The notes under the pieces are model-generated. The model was not told the origin of the DNA. It saw only the letters and a list, made by a program, of their open reading frames with translations, and ran no database searches. A DNA stretch of 64,000 nt, taken from the NCBI GenBank assembly GCA_009103225.1, contig RHPI01003261.1, positions 228,902 to 292,901 on the forward strand. Reading direction: 5' to 3'. A program made the translations under genes and the position numbers. The DNA is from Chlorokybus atmophyticus (lineage: Eukaryota; Plantae; Mesostigma and Chlorokybus algae). Within the stretch, counting starts at the first letter, position 1. Every line of letters starts with the position of its first letter. Of this stretch, positions 17,414-31,103 are shown in pieces.

Positions 17414-17561
17414 GCTTGCCGCCTCGCAGGCGCCAACAAACAGGGCTGGCAAGCAGGGCGGTAAAACCCTAACCAACAACAACGCGTCAAGCGTTGTGGC
17501 AAGCGTTGCAGCCAAGCGTCCGCACAAAACGCTGCTGCAAACCCTACTAGGCAGCCATTTG

Positions 17562-18935
17562 ATGGCGGCGGCGGCGGCGGCGCAAAGGTTGTCGCCGTCG
17601 TCCGCTGCGGCATGCGCATGGCTGCAGCCAGCCGTCCCGGGTGAGGGCCTCGTCGTTGTGCGCGGTTGCGCTGCAGCAGTGCTGATGGGTGGAGGCGTTG
17701 TAACAGCGGGAGAGGAAGAAGATGAGACCGGCGAGGTGATTGTCTACTCGTTGGAGAAGCTCTCTCTCAGCGCTGAGCCGTCCAGCAGCAAGCAGAGTCG
17801 GCCACAACAGCCTGACGGCAGTCCGAGTCCCCCCTCTGGACTGCTGTCGCCGGCAGGCGCCGAGGAGGAGCCGAGCGAAGCTCAGCCTGAAGGTGATGGT
17901 AGCGCAGCTGAGGAAGATGAGTGGGAGACTGCGGCTGAGCAGCTCGTTCCTCCTGTGAGGGTTGAGGAGGAGGAGGAGGAGGAGGAGGAGGAGGACTGGG
18001 AACGTGTTGAAGTGCCTGCCGTGCAGCCAGCTCCAAGCGGCCGCAAGCCAGCTGAGGCGGTCTCCGCAGGCAAGCGCGGACGCGGCGCATTCAGGTACGG
18101 TGGCGAGACAGATAGCTTGCACAGCGACGGCGATAAAGCTGCTGCTTGCGAGCACGCCAACGGCATCAGTGACAATCGCAGCAGAACACAAGGTGACTCA
18201 CGTTAATGTCAACCTGAAGTCACTTGATCTGCATGCGCTTTCACCAGCCATGCAAGTTGCATACCTGGAACTCAGAGCTCGTGTCCGTGTATTGCAGGGT
18301 GCGTTGGTGAGTCCAACGAGCATGTTCTGGAAGTACATGAATTCTCGCCAGCAATCCGGACTTCAGAAGTAGAAAAGCTGTTTGCCGGCTATGACCAAGA
18401 TGGCCTTGCTATCAAGTGGGTGGATGATACCCACGCCCTTGCCATCTTCCGCTCTACAGCTGCTGGTTAGTGTTGTTTCGCATACGCTGATGTGTTCATG
18501 GAGCTTTGCTGTCCACTGGTAGCCAAACAGAAGCTTCATGCAGCTCAAGCAGCACTGCGAGGCGTTAAGGATGCGCGGTTCCGTATCAGACGCTATGTTA
18601 ATGCCTCTCCTGCGGTGCGCATTTATTCCCATGCAGGTAAGCTTGTTGTCATTATGTGAAGGTGTGTGTCTTTCTATACGCACAATCTCGCCCCATGGTA
18701 CGCAATAACTCATGCGTATATGTTTGCAGAGCTGCTACCCGCACCCCCTCGACCGGCCACCACTGCAACCGTTGCACACAGGCTGATCATGGGTACATTG
18801 CGGAAACAGGGAGTATCTCTGCCTCCCAGCCAGTATACCAATCAGTTGCGGGCGGAAGAACGCCAGCTTGCCGGTGAGAGGCTGCGCAGACAAGCCAACC
18901 GCAACAGTGCAAGAGCGTCTGCTTGGGATGACTGA
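17562..18935 (+). CDS. R3HCC1: R3HCC1/R3HCC1L-like RRM and coiled-coil protein
   Basis: RGRGAFRY; RRM exon HVLEVHEFSPAIRTSEVEKLFAGYDQDGLAIKWVDDTHALAIF (~18300-18465); RPATTATVAHRLIMG; terminal ...RASAWDD*. Confidence 0.85.
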
Positions 18936-20399
18936 AACTGTAACCGCAAAGTGGTGAGCCTGTTCATCCTTCAAGAACAGCGCTGCCAGTCAGAAAAAAA
19001 CAGAAGCACAGCGACCACTATTGCACAGGTATGCGCCAATCTATGGTGTTCACATTAGTCACTGCACTGTGAGCTTGCCCCTATGATTTTACAACTCAGT
19101 CTTCAACCTGATCTGTATGAAGAAACCTTTAATACTTCCATGACTATGAGGGGCCTGGTCTGCAGGATATTGTTGGTTTTGTGTGCACTGTCGTTGTAGT
19201 AACACCATCCGGGGTGTGATGAGTCTTCAACACATGGGTAATTTGCAACTGACATTCACTGATGTCTTCATAGTGTTCTGACCCCGGTTTGTTGTTGCGC
19301 ATTTCCGCATCTGCTCGATTGTGTGTGAGTGCAATAGCTGTTGCAATGAGGACAAATTCGCACCAGAGGGCTCGCCCTTTGACGAATAATACTACCTTCT
19401 ACTCATTCTGAGCAACTAGCTTTGAAAGTCCGTCTTGCTGGTGTGCTCTAAGTTACCATACTGGCATTGGGAACCTTAGTGTGCTGGTGCAATCCGCAGG
19501 TGGTCTGTAGGTTGATGGAGCTTATTGACCTACCTGGAGCAAGATTGAGTGCAACTGAGCGATCCCTTCGTTTTGGATGGCCAGACAAGAGCAAGGTGGC
19601 CAGGTTATGACCTCGGACTACTGCAGGGTCGTTGCTGGTGAGGCTAGCATTGCATTCTGCACTGGCTTGTGCCACAGCGTGGCAGGTGTTATGTTGTTGC
19701 TTGACACTGGCCCTCTGCGTTTCTGTTTTGGCAGACATTAACAAGTTCGTCAGCAGCAGGCTTGCTGAGCTTGCGTCAGGCAGCATGAGTTGTGCTACAA
19801 CTGCTTTACAGTCAACGCTTATTCCATTTTGCCGGGGTAACCAACATGCTGGTTGCATATGATCGACTTACGAAGACTCAGGAAGAACATATTCTTGAGT
19901 TTACCCGACACCATCTGTATGTGTTGTGGGTTGGACCTGGTGCCTCTGCTTGCTCTTCTGACAGTCTGACATTACCCTCGCAAGGGCCTGTAGGTGTCAG
20001 CTGTCCCAATCTGCTTGTCATGGTGATTGTACTGCATTGCATTTGCAACCAGCGTTGTGTAGTAAGCTTGACTTGCCCATATATGTTTATGGGAGGTTCA
20101 CAATTAGCTCAATTTTTCCCAGCGTACATAATATGTTATATTATATTGTTTTGCTCAGATGATACGGTTGTAAGCATCAGCTGTCCGTAACAAGTACAGC
20201 ACTTTTCTGGCAATTGACTATCGTTCGCAGTTGCGTCCACCCGAGGCTGAAAGCACGCAATCAGCAGGGGTCGTAATTGGCAAGCCAGCAAAAATACCTA
20301 GAATGGTGGTCAATGCATACAAGTGGGTAACATTGTATGCCGGCTGGCCCTATGAATTGCCAGGATTGCTAACCAGCATTAGCAATGGTTAGAAGTTAC

Positions 20400-20830
20400 T
20401 TGCGACCAGTCATCCTATACTTTTACTGTATCACGTGATCACATAACAAAGTGTTTGTGTTTGGATTTTATGTGGCATTTCGAAAGTAAATAGTAATAGT
20501 AAGTATTCGCAGCAACTTCTGGACGATATTTAATTTGTATTAGAGTAGCAGTCAATACAGACGACATACATGAAGTTGGAGATAATCTAGCTTTGGTTTA
20601 TGATCATCACGTTAGATTTTAGTTACATACGATCAATCATCCTAAATTCTTTATTTATCACGCGTTCACATAACCAAGTGTTTGTGATTGATTTGCATGT
20701 GACATTCCGGAAGAAAATATTTGCAGCGACTGTTGGACTACAATCCTACCTGTAAGCTAATAGCAGCCAACACAGCCGGGGTACAAGCAGCTGGAGATGA
20801 TTTCGCTTGGTTTTTAATCATCACGTTGAC
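20400..20830. repeat. AT-rich tandem duplication, 2 x ~225 bp, diverged
   Basis: CATCCTA...CACATAAC.AAGTGTTTGTG...TGGAGAT.AT....TCATCACGTT recurs at ~20402-20620 and ~20630-20830. Confidence 0.7.
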
Positions 20831-21187
20831 CAGAGGTTTTGCAATTGTAGAAGAACAGCCTAATAGCTAGCTAAGTACACCTTACAATAAAGGAAGCATT
20901 GCAAGCTATGATAATGAATGTTGTGAGCATAGCCACACCCTTCCAGAAATCACGTGCGAAAAGTGTCCACCTTACACCTCAGCTGCTTGCATGGTGTTAT
21001 GGAACATACACCATGCCACACAGGCGAATTGACTATGATTGCCGACCACAATAGTAGAATGAATATTGAGGACATTACACATAGCAGCAGTGCCCTAGTA
21101 TACTACTACACAGCGATACATATGGCACACATGTACAAGTGCCAACTCAACGAGGTTGGTACACAGTGTTACTATGAACAAGACCAC

Positions 21188-22834
21188 TCACACAGGCAAT
21201 GTATCAGATGTGCGCAGTGCGTTGGGGTTGGATGATGGTGGCAACGGTTGAGATGATGCTGCTGGCGGTTCCCCTCTTTGCTCTGGCCTTGAAGTGGCTG
21301 CCAGATTGGCTGTGGCCGCAGCAAGAGCAGAAGGCGCTGTATGTGACCCGCGACGAAGTCCCCGTTGAAGGGAAGCATGCAGCTGCCACCTTCTCCATGC
21401 ATAACCAGCAATGACAGCTGCACACCAACACCCTGTGTAAGCCAAATAGTCCAAACAGCAACGCCCGAGCAACATGCACAAGTCACAGAGGAGCAGCAAG
21501 TTAAAAAGCATGCACACATACATATAACAACCGACGCACTGAGTAAACTCCGTACCTATGAAAATGACAACAGGAAATAGGGGCACGAACACCACAGGTA
21601 GCACCTGTGTGAAACATTGTGCAGTGAGAAGATGCAGTGCGCTCTTGCATGTCGAGTGCCGCAGAACAAAGCATACACTTACCGCAAACAACACGATAAT
21701 GAAGGCCGCCAGACTGAACATGGCGATTGGCAACAAGCTGCTGCGGGTGGACCTTAACCTCGAAGCAGGAACCTCCCTGCAAAGCGAAAGGCCACTGTTA
21801 GTCACACCTTTAAGATTGACATGTTCTGGTGTCATCTTGACCATCTGCTATTATGGAACCAGTTTTCACTGATTAATCATCATAGATTTTTTCTATTACC
21901 TGACTGGTGGTGGATCAGGAGTGTCATCCACGACAATTCGCGTCGACACGACCCCTCTTTCATCAACTTGCATTACTACCTTATGCCCGTCCGTGGGCTG
22001 AACACACAGATACAATGTCAATCTAACCTTACTCCTGACCCAGTGACTATCATGCAAGCAAATTACAAGGTGAAAGGAACGTACCAGGAACTCCTTGTCA
22101 ATCTCTGTGTCACACAACTCACACTTCTTTGACTTCTTGACAGCTCCAAACCATGCTTGAGCACACTGCGCATGAGCCAACCCTAGATCTCCCTTGCATG
22201 CGCAACCCAGCGATACCAGCTCGCCAACAGACTTGCCCAACTGCACACGCACAGTTGCTAGTCATTGATAACAGTCATACCACTTTTTTTTTTTCGCGGA
22301 TATAGATCCCAGCATGCACACTGCAACGGCATCTCCCTCCCGTAGTCACACCATTTGACGACATGCCCCAGATTCTGTGGTACATAGGGGTTGTTGCGTG
22401 CACATAATGCAACAACTCCATGCACGACCACAGCATTTTTCTGCAGCAGTGCTAGCACAGCACTTAGCGTGGCATATGCATGTGCGTGCACGTGGCAATA
22501 CCTGGCATATCCGGCACACTGTTCCGCCAAAGCCATCGTCTATGGACATGCTTGGCGTCTTCATGCTGACAGCGCCGCTGCTGTCCAGCTTGGAAAACGC
22601 TCGCGAGATACTTGCACGCAGGTTGAAGTTGGAAAGACTCTCTAGTGACATGCTGGGCTTCATCCGAGGCGCTGAAGCAGCCGCTGCTTGCTCCACTGTG
22701 ATTGTCCAGCTGTCGACGTCAGTGCACGAGGGTGATGCCGCCCAACTTCCTTGTCTCTCGTGTTCAGGAGCTGCTGCTATGTGCACTGGCTCCAGTTGTA
22801 TTGCAGCTGGCGTGTCTACAACCGCCGCAGCCAT
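21188..22834 (-). CDS. Membrane-associated RING-CH (RINGv/MARCH-type) E3 ubiquitin ligase, multi-exon
   Basis: VCRICQ...LVSLGCACKGDLGLAHAQCAQAWFGAVKKSKKCELC is a C4HC3 RINGv, followed by hydrophobic TM exons (FSLAAFIIVLFAVS). Confidence 0.85.
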
Positions 22835-24571
22835 CCTGACAAATAGTGCCCACAGCCAAGTTGATGTAAGCAGCACGCACAAAAGTGACGCTGAACGGTA
22901 CGCAAACACACACGGGGCGTGCCTATGACAAGAGCTGTCACGCAGAACAAACGGACGCAAAATCAACAGTAGAAGGCTGTGCAGACATCCAATCAGACCA
23001 TGGTGGTAAAATTGCATATACTAGGTGCCGCGAGACACAAGGTGAGAGGCATGGCTGGCCCACGTAGCAAGACGGTGTGACTAGTCTTTGCAGAAAACCC
23101 TAAAGCTTATCGAAACTGTGTGCATGCTTGCAAACAGAAGCAGAATTGCAAGCGGACCGTACCTGGCGACAAGAAGCTCCGACCAAGCTGTCCAACCAGG
23201 TCACCAGTAGTTGCTACTGTTCCTCAAGCTTCTTGCAAGAACTAGCAGGCGCGTGTGCCTGTCAGCCCAGACTGCTAGCCTGCTCTTGCTTGCGGACTGA
23301 CGCCTGGCCTAGCTCCTTTGGCGTGGTTCCCTTGAACCGAGACAAACACCAATTATTGCACAACACTGGGACACACGCAAGTTGCGCCGCTAGACACCAC
23401 CAGAAGCGTGGCCACGTGGAACCCTACAAGCTTAAGCTGCTGGGCCCAACACCAAGGCGCTCCGCGCCGCCACCAACGCCGTCGCCACCGCCAAAGGAAA
23501 CTGCGTTGGTGTACGCCTAGCATACATGCCTTGTTGCCAACATCTCAATCCACGTAACATTGCCACACGCCCGGTTGAAGCAGCTAAATTAACGGAGGTA
23601 GCTGCTGCAGCATTATTGCCGAGTTCAACCTTTCGTGTGCACGATGCACCCGACTTACAGAACCCGTTTCCCGGCCTGTCAAGTCGTGACAGGCGGGTCT
23701 ACGACCGATTCTACAAGATCGCGCGGTGCACATGACAGGTTCAAATCGGTAATAATGAACTCGGCAAATTGCGGCAGGAAGACCCCAATTGGGCCCGCAA
23801 CATGGGTTCATTGGGTCTTGTTACATGAGCTTTGCAGCGTGTGGCCTCCACGCTGTGGCGTTAGAATCAGGAGGCGAGGGAAGTTAGTTAACTGCTGTGC
23901 TAGCGGCAGGGAGCTGACGTCGGCATCCCAGCCGTACACCAGATTCTTCGGGCGCTGGCGTACGCAAATCCGGTACGTTCGCGTGTTTGAAGCTCGAACG
24001 TGCATGGTCCGGTGGTGTATCGCGGAATGGAATGGTGGGAGATGATGACAGCAGGCAGAGTGACAATAGGTGTGATGATGACAACGGATGTCACGGCACC
24101 AATTGGTACTATGAATGATGCAGTGTAGTGCCAAACAGTCACGACGCTAATAGGAAAATGCTTGTGCCGGCTGTCTGAGATTGAAGTGAACGAACGGTTG
24201 CGATGGCCTCTGGCGACGTAGATTGCCGTCACTCTGTGGGTGACACTGGGCTGATTTGCAGGGTCGACTTACACTTGTTCACCGCCACTTCAGCGTGTTC
24301 AGTCGGCGCAGTTGGCGTCGTGTTCAACGAGAGTCAGCGCTGTTGATCAGTGGCGATGTGCTGTGTGGTATACGCGTTGTTTGCAAATGCCACCAGTCGC
24401 CGATCACCGTTTGTTGTCGTATTATATTGATGTGATATGCTGATAAACAGCCGTGCGGCGAGGTCGGTAGGCATGATGTCGCCGAATGTCAACGGTGTGG
24501 GATTCAAACTTTGCGCAAGGAGAGCGCCACGCATTCAGTGTGGTCTTGTGTAGTTGGCGGCGGCGGCGGCG

Positions 24572-27500
24572 ATGGCGGAGAATGTGGTAGACGTGGCCGC
24601 TCTCGTCGAAGAGCAGCGACAACGGCTGGAGGCGCTTGAGGCTGCTTGCAAGGTGCGCTGCCTCAACGAGAAAGATTATGCCAAGCGTCGTAGGAAAGAG
24701 GACAAGCATGTGGTTAGTCAGCTCAGGGAGGAGCTGCAGCTAAGGAAGTCCATGATGAATGCCACCAGTGTGTTCATGTATGCCTTGACGTCCGGACGCA
24801 CATGGAGCTGGGTGGGAGACGACCTTGTCATGAACCCGCTACCGGGGGTATGGGTATGCAGTGTTGCGCCTGAACCAACTTGTGTTGTACATGTGCTGCA
24901 GAAGTGTCCTGCCTCTGGCTGACAGCGGGTGAGTGTTGTGCAGGATGCACCTCGTCTACTTGCGAGCTCCCAAGTCGCGATGGGTGAAGCGGTGCGCATT
25001 TGATGGTAGCTTGACTATCATGCAATGCTCTCTGGCAGTTAATGTAGGCGCTGACCTGCTGACCTGTAGAGCCAAGATGTCGAGCTGGATAGTTCAGAGT
25101 CTGAGGATGATGATCAGGAGAACAGAGCTTTTGCATCGGCGCTGCCGAACAAGCGGCAGAAGCAATATCACCCTGCAGGAGCTTAGCAGGTGCCGTCTGC
25201 AGCTGCACTGCATCAGCAATAGGCACCCAACTCTCGTTATGATCGTGACGGCAATCGCGTAGTGTTTGGGTCTACCCTAGGCAGGCTAAATGGTAATGCA
25301 AGATTGATTCCGAAAACGCCCAATACGCCTGGCAATCAAGCGCCAGGTGGGCGCATGCAGTAGTTTGTCCAGCAGTTCAACGCCAATGACTCTGTGTAAC
25401 TGGCTGTGTGATTGTTAAAGATGCTCGTAGTGTGAGTTTGTGAATGCCGTGTCACTGTGATGCCGGAATGTGATGTGCTGTATGTTAACTGATTGTGGAT
25501 GTGTGTAGGAACAGTGCCTGTGCGCAGTGTGGGCTCTGCACCCGTGCATGCTCCTGATGCTACACATAGGCAGACACGCATTTCAGCCAAGTTGAGGTAC
25601 CAAGTTTTGCTGAGTGACAGTGTGACTGGGCTACGCATAGCTGTTAGCCACATACTCTAGTCTGGACTAATTTACACATGCCGCTAAGTCGTGCTGTCAA
25701 ACTTATTGTCCATTAGTAAGCCATGCACACCTGAGAGTGGGACACGCTATACACTGCTAAAGCGAGGCCACATATGTATATTGCATGGGCGCAGTTCTTG
25801 CAGCGGGAAGTGCAGCGCCTGTCGACCGAGCGGGACAAGGCTTACGTTGAACATGCCCGGCTGTCGGGGGAGTTAATTACACTGCATGCTGCTATGCGTG
25901 ACAAAGAGGTACAGGTGCATCCCGACGATGATGGTGCCACAACACGGGCGCGGCAGGAGGCCTCTGCATGGCATGCCAAATGGCAGGTCAATTGCTTGCT
26001 TGCATGTGATGGGTGTGGTCTGTATGCACGGTGTCACGATGGGTGCGCGTACCTTGCTTGTTGCCTATATGGTGATGCATCACTATATAGAGGTGAGTAT
26101 AATGTACTGTGCAGGACGTCACAGAGCAGCTGCACGCTCAAGCGACGCTCAATGTGGCCCAGCGACAACAGGCTACACAAGAATATGAGGAGTTGCTGGA
26201 AGGGACCGACAACATGCGGCAGCACGTGCAGGTGCAGGCTAATTGTCGACAGGAGCTGTGATGTGAGTGTAAGCTTTCAAGTGAACAGCAATGACCTGTT
26301 GGTACTGAATAGGTGTTGGAGGCCAGAGTACAGGAAGAAGTGGAGCAGTGTTCCAGGGAACATGTGCAACGTCTGGCAGCAGAGAACGACCTGGCAGGTT
26401 ACCGATGTAGGCTGGTGGAGTTGGAGGACGTCGTCGCAGGCCTGCGCGAAACATTGCGTATGAGTCGAGCAGCGCAACCAACAGCACATGATGCATTAGT
26501 TGCTGAGGAGGTACACCTGCTGTTTGAAGACAATGTACGCACGGCAGCAGAAGAGGACGTACTTGGTGATTTGGCAACTGCAGTGAAGGAAGTGGCTGCG
26601 CAGTTGTTGCAAAGGGACGCCGTGGTTATGCTTACTGCTGTGGCTGCGAAATACAACATCAGGCGGGCCAGAGTGTTGTTGAGGGCGGTGCAATCCCGGC
26701 TGCCCGGCGCATACCAGCACGTGACAGGGGCAAGGGGTCAAGGAACTCTTCTCATTGCTGCCTGGGCTGACCCCTTAGCCTGTCTGCTACGGCATGCCAT
26801 GCGTGTGACCGACGTGCCAGTCGCCACACAGTTCAGTGCGAGTGGTTGGTCTGCATCTGACGCAGATGATATTCCCCTACCTGTCCTGCGTACAGTGAAC
26901 AAGCTTATGGAGGCAGAGCGTGAACGCCTGGTGGAGCGTAACAAAACGGACTACGACTTGCGCTTTGTGGATTGGTTAGCAGAATGGGAGACATCTGGTG
27001 CAGTATTGCGCACATTGTTCGGAGCAATTACGGGTCTGAATGCGATGGAGAGGGTGAAGACACCAGGGCCGCGACACAAGCACGCCGTGACAGTCTTGCG
27101 CAACAAAACGCTGTTTCTACTGCGCTCCGCAGTGTATGCGAGGAGCAAGTGGGCCTCATCGCCTGTGCATATGGCTGTGACAGATGCGGTGGATGCAGCC
27201 ACGAACGGCAACAAGCTCATAAAGACACTGAATCGCATTGGGGTTACCAACAGCCGGAGTCACCTGGATATACACATACACCGTTGTGCATTGCACAATC
27301 TCCATGCACCAGCGCGTCTGCAGCCGCAGACGGGGATGCATGTACTGGCATCCATTGACAACATGGATGTGCGAGCGGGGCACCAGGCCAAGTATAAAGG
27401 CAGGGCGACTGGCGACATTCATGCTACGTCCACTCAACTTACCTCGACAGTTGGGCGTCAAAGGACAACACCGCTGGAATTGGAGGTGAGCATAATGTAA

Positions 27501-30500
27501 CATGTCAGACGATGAGCTGCATGATTGATTAGACTGGTGTTGGCTGACGGTTTCTTGCTTGCCTTGCACAGCGTGGACGCAACCGCACGCTATCAGAGGC
27601 AATAATACAGCCACCGTTACCAGAGTCAATGCCGCCCCCCCCTCCTAGACCAAGGCCTCAAGTGACGGTGCGCAGCGAACCAATCCTCAATATGATGCCA
27701 GCCGAGACTGCAGCCATCGAATCATTCAGGGTCACAATGCACAACACGGTGGTCTTTCGGATGCGACAGGAGCAGCAGCAATCGTTGCCTACCTTAAAAG
27801 ACGACTGGGCCCGCTACCTGCACATCGCGGACAGTGAGACATCCACGGTGACCAATGACATTGAGTACCTGCCAGTGTTGCCCTTCTGTCCCGACAAGAT
27901 TGACAACCTGAAGGTTGCTCTGCTGCACCTGCGTAGCAAGGTTATCCTGAATGACACGCAAAGCAAGATATGTATTACGGGAGACCAGAAGACGTTTGCA
28001 CTCATGGTAGCACTGCAAAGGGCACAGCCAGGCTACTGGGACTGGTTGGTGCCCATCCCAGGTGACTTCCATGTGCTGATGAATATGCAGCCAGTGTTGA
28101 TGAAGATGACTTGGGACGCCGGGATGGATGCACTCTCAGTCGAAGGCGGTTTTTCAGCATCGACAGCGCGTAACCACTTGGTTGAAGGCTCTCATTGGAA
28201 GCGAATCCACAACTTCCTATGCAAAGTGTTCGAGGCAATCTACAGACACATGCATGTGCTGTGGTGGGAGCAAGAGGAAGCTGGTACAAAACAAACATGT
28301 GAGCAGGGCTGGGCGACGCATGGAGTCATGGCCCCCGGACCTCGCAAGTTCTTTGAGACTTGGTGTGAAGCAAAGGCAAGGACAGATGCTACATGGGCCT
28401 TCTGGTGGGGTTTCATCAACCGAAATATGTTGCATTACCTTGGTCTATTCTGCGCCGTTAGGCAGAGGATCTGGCACCTGAGACTGGCAAGCTAGAAGGG
28501 TCTGAGTCCATTACCATTTGCTTGGGATCGCTTCAACTACCAGAAGCTCATGACTCTTCACTTGGCGGAGCTGCAAACAGCCTGCATCACTGCTGGAATT
28601 GCTGAAGGATGGAGGCTTTGCAGTGAGTCTGACAGGTACACCAGGTCGGTTGGTTGCTCTTGACGAAGCACATGAGTGTCTCGTGAACCGGGACATGAAG
28701 ATGACATTATACAAGCCAATTACAGAGCAGCTCAGGCAAAAATCTTTGTACCTTGGGGAGCGAAGCCAGTCACAGAAGCAACTGAGTCGGCAGCTCCTAC
28801 TGGAAGCGGAACAGGGGAACCATGACATGGACGCTGATGCCGACGATGACCAGAGCAGGGTGCTGCGCAATCTGGCTGTTGACGCTTCGCATTGTGGCAG
28901 CGACCTACTGTATATAGCGAACTTGCTGAGAACCAATGGAGCTTTGGCAAGAGAGCCAAACATGCAGCTGACTCATCTCACATCGGGCATGCCAGCATCC
29001 CCGGCTGCATCTGCAGACCTTGCAAGGCACTACACCGTGGGTGTTGAGGCAATGAGCAGCTTTGTTAAAGTAGACATATGCAGAGAAGCACAGGCCTGCA
29101 AAGTCACTCGTAGGTACAACCTCGCCACCATGGCTCCATCAAAGAAACGCACTACCAAGCAGGCAACGGTGCTCAAGCAATACCGCCAGGAGATGCTCGT
29201 TGCCAAGAGGCTAGCATCAACTGGCGCCGATAAGGAGACCGTCACAGCGCGGTACTGCGAACACCCTTGGGCTCTGTTTGACGGGCTTAGTGGTAAGATG
29301 AGGTCGGGAGACAAAGCCAAGATCCTGTCCGAGGTGGCTTCTCATGATGCACCTTGTTGGTCGCACTCCTCACCGGCTGGAGTCGAATGCATAATCCTTG
29401 AAGGAATGTTTATCATCAACTAGGAGTGCCACTTGTCGCAAGGCACCTTTAAGGACTACATCAACCATCTGATGCGTACCTGTGTGCTGAGTAGACTAGC
29501 CAACCCCAGTGTTCGCAGCCTGCACATTGTCTTTGACACACCCAGATGGCAGTCCGGCGTCAAGTCCTCACTGCAACGTGCGCGTGACGGAGCGGGCAGT
29601 GCAACGGGCAAGTGTCTCACCATGGATACGGAGTTGCCAAAATCCTGGCGTAACGTGCTCAAGGACCGCAGCTTGAAGAGGTCATTGTGCGAGCTCATTA
29701 CGGAGTATCTGCCTCTCATGGTGGAACCTCACCTGCGACCAGACCAGGAATTGGTAATCGCTGGTGGTTCAGACAAGAGCGATGTGGGAGACTTAGCGCG
29801 TGTGGTGTCGCGAAGCTCAGCTGGTGACTGCGTAACGCGTGACATTGAGGATTACATGTGCAACCATGGTGAGGCAGACTCACGTGTGTGGGTGCACGCG
29901 CAGAATGCACCATACAATAACATTATGATCTTTTCACCTGACACGGACGTGACGGTGATCGGGCTGGCAGTCACCTAGAACTGGGATATGGCGCTCAAGG
30001 AAGTGACGGTACAGGTCGCGCAGCATTCGCGCGCTGGGTCACGTCCACCATTCATCAACCTCCCGCTCCAGCAACAGCATGTCAGAAGCATGCACCAGCT
30101 GCACAGTGTTCCAGAAAGACGCCGTGGTTGGCTGCTACTACTGATTTATGCAGCTACAGGTTGTGACTACACGTCATTCATAGGAGGAATATCCAAGCAG
30201 TTCATTTGGCGTACTGTGCTTGCGCAGCATGCAGACTTCATCACCGGCGATGTCAACGACGAGGAGCACGAGATGTGCTTCGCTGTGCTGCGCCTGATTG
30301 GGTGCTCCTATTTCGAGAAGTACCGCTCTTCTTTTTAATGCGGCACTCCGGTGTTATTGTTCTACGCTCTGCACGGCGCTAACGCAACCAGCAGCGATAA
30401 GGTTTATCTGTCGGACTGGCGAGAAGCCATCCACAAGACTGTCTGGACGAAAACGGCAACACCACGTGACACTATTCCTACTGTTAATGCCCTCTGGCTG

Positions 30501-30982
30501 CATGCATTGCGCGCTGCATATGCCGTCAACATGTGGCTACAGAGTTGCAGTCAGGACATGCAGCTGGGCGATCTGGCAGAGTATGGGTATCAGTGGGAGG
30601 ACGGCGTGTGGTATGCTGTGCGAGACCTACCACAAAACATGGATGCTGCAATATCTAGAAGACAGCTGCTTATGCATGGTTGCGGCTGCAAGGTAGGCAG
30701 GTGCAACAGCAAACGATGCAAGTGCAAAAAGGCCGGCAACTTGCTTTGAAAGCATGCAGCGACAGCTGCTCCTGCCTTGGCTGCGAAAACTCCAACAACC
30801 TGGACACCCACGAGCATGTGGGCAACGGCGGCGACAGGCCGACTGACGAGTGCACTGGCGAACCTTCTTCACCGACTGGTCTGCATGGCGCTGATTTACC
30901 AGCCGGCTGGACTTGGACCGACAGTGATGATGGTGATAGCGACGGGGAGGACTTGACCATGATGGACGTGGACGACATCTAG
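24572..30982 (+). pseudogene. Academ transposase (DUF6589-like DDE) + XPG/FEN1-like PIN nuclease + Cys8/CXC finger, with spliced coiled-coil N-terminus; inactivated
   Basis: LASIDNMD, ITGDQKTF, WLVPIPGDFHVLMN, ALDEAHECLVNRDMK; XPG-like ILEGMFII, LHIVFD, CNHGEADSRVWVH, FSPDTDV, ATGCDYTSFIGGISK; CGCKVGRCNSKRCKCKK..CSDSCSCLGCEN. In-frame stops end at 28495, 29423, 29978 and 30338, with frameshifts near 28570 and 30745. Confidence 0.88.
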
Positions 30983-31103
30983 CAAACCGTGGCAGGAGTC
31001 ACCTGAAATGCAGCCGCCGCCGCCGCCACCGCCGCCGCCGCCGTCGCCGCCTTTACCTGTGGCATGGTGTCAGATATTAGGGTTAGTAGCCCATTTTTAG
31101 GGT

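Noticed and set aside
19448-20190. Short ORFs between R3HCC1 and the RING-CH gene
   Set aside because: No recognisable motifs or consistent exon chain.
23495-23560. CTAG at 23517-23520 as a canonical Helitron 3' end
   Set aside because: No convincing GC-rich hairpin 10-12 nt upstream and no A|T target context.
28493-30338. Repeated in-frame TAG/TAA in the Academ gene suggesting a TAR=Gln genetic code
   Set aside because: SerRS ends with TAG at its expected C-terminus, the first Academ stop falls where a hydrophobic residue is expected, and frameshifts co-occur. Ordinary pseudogenisation explains the stops.
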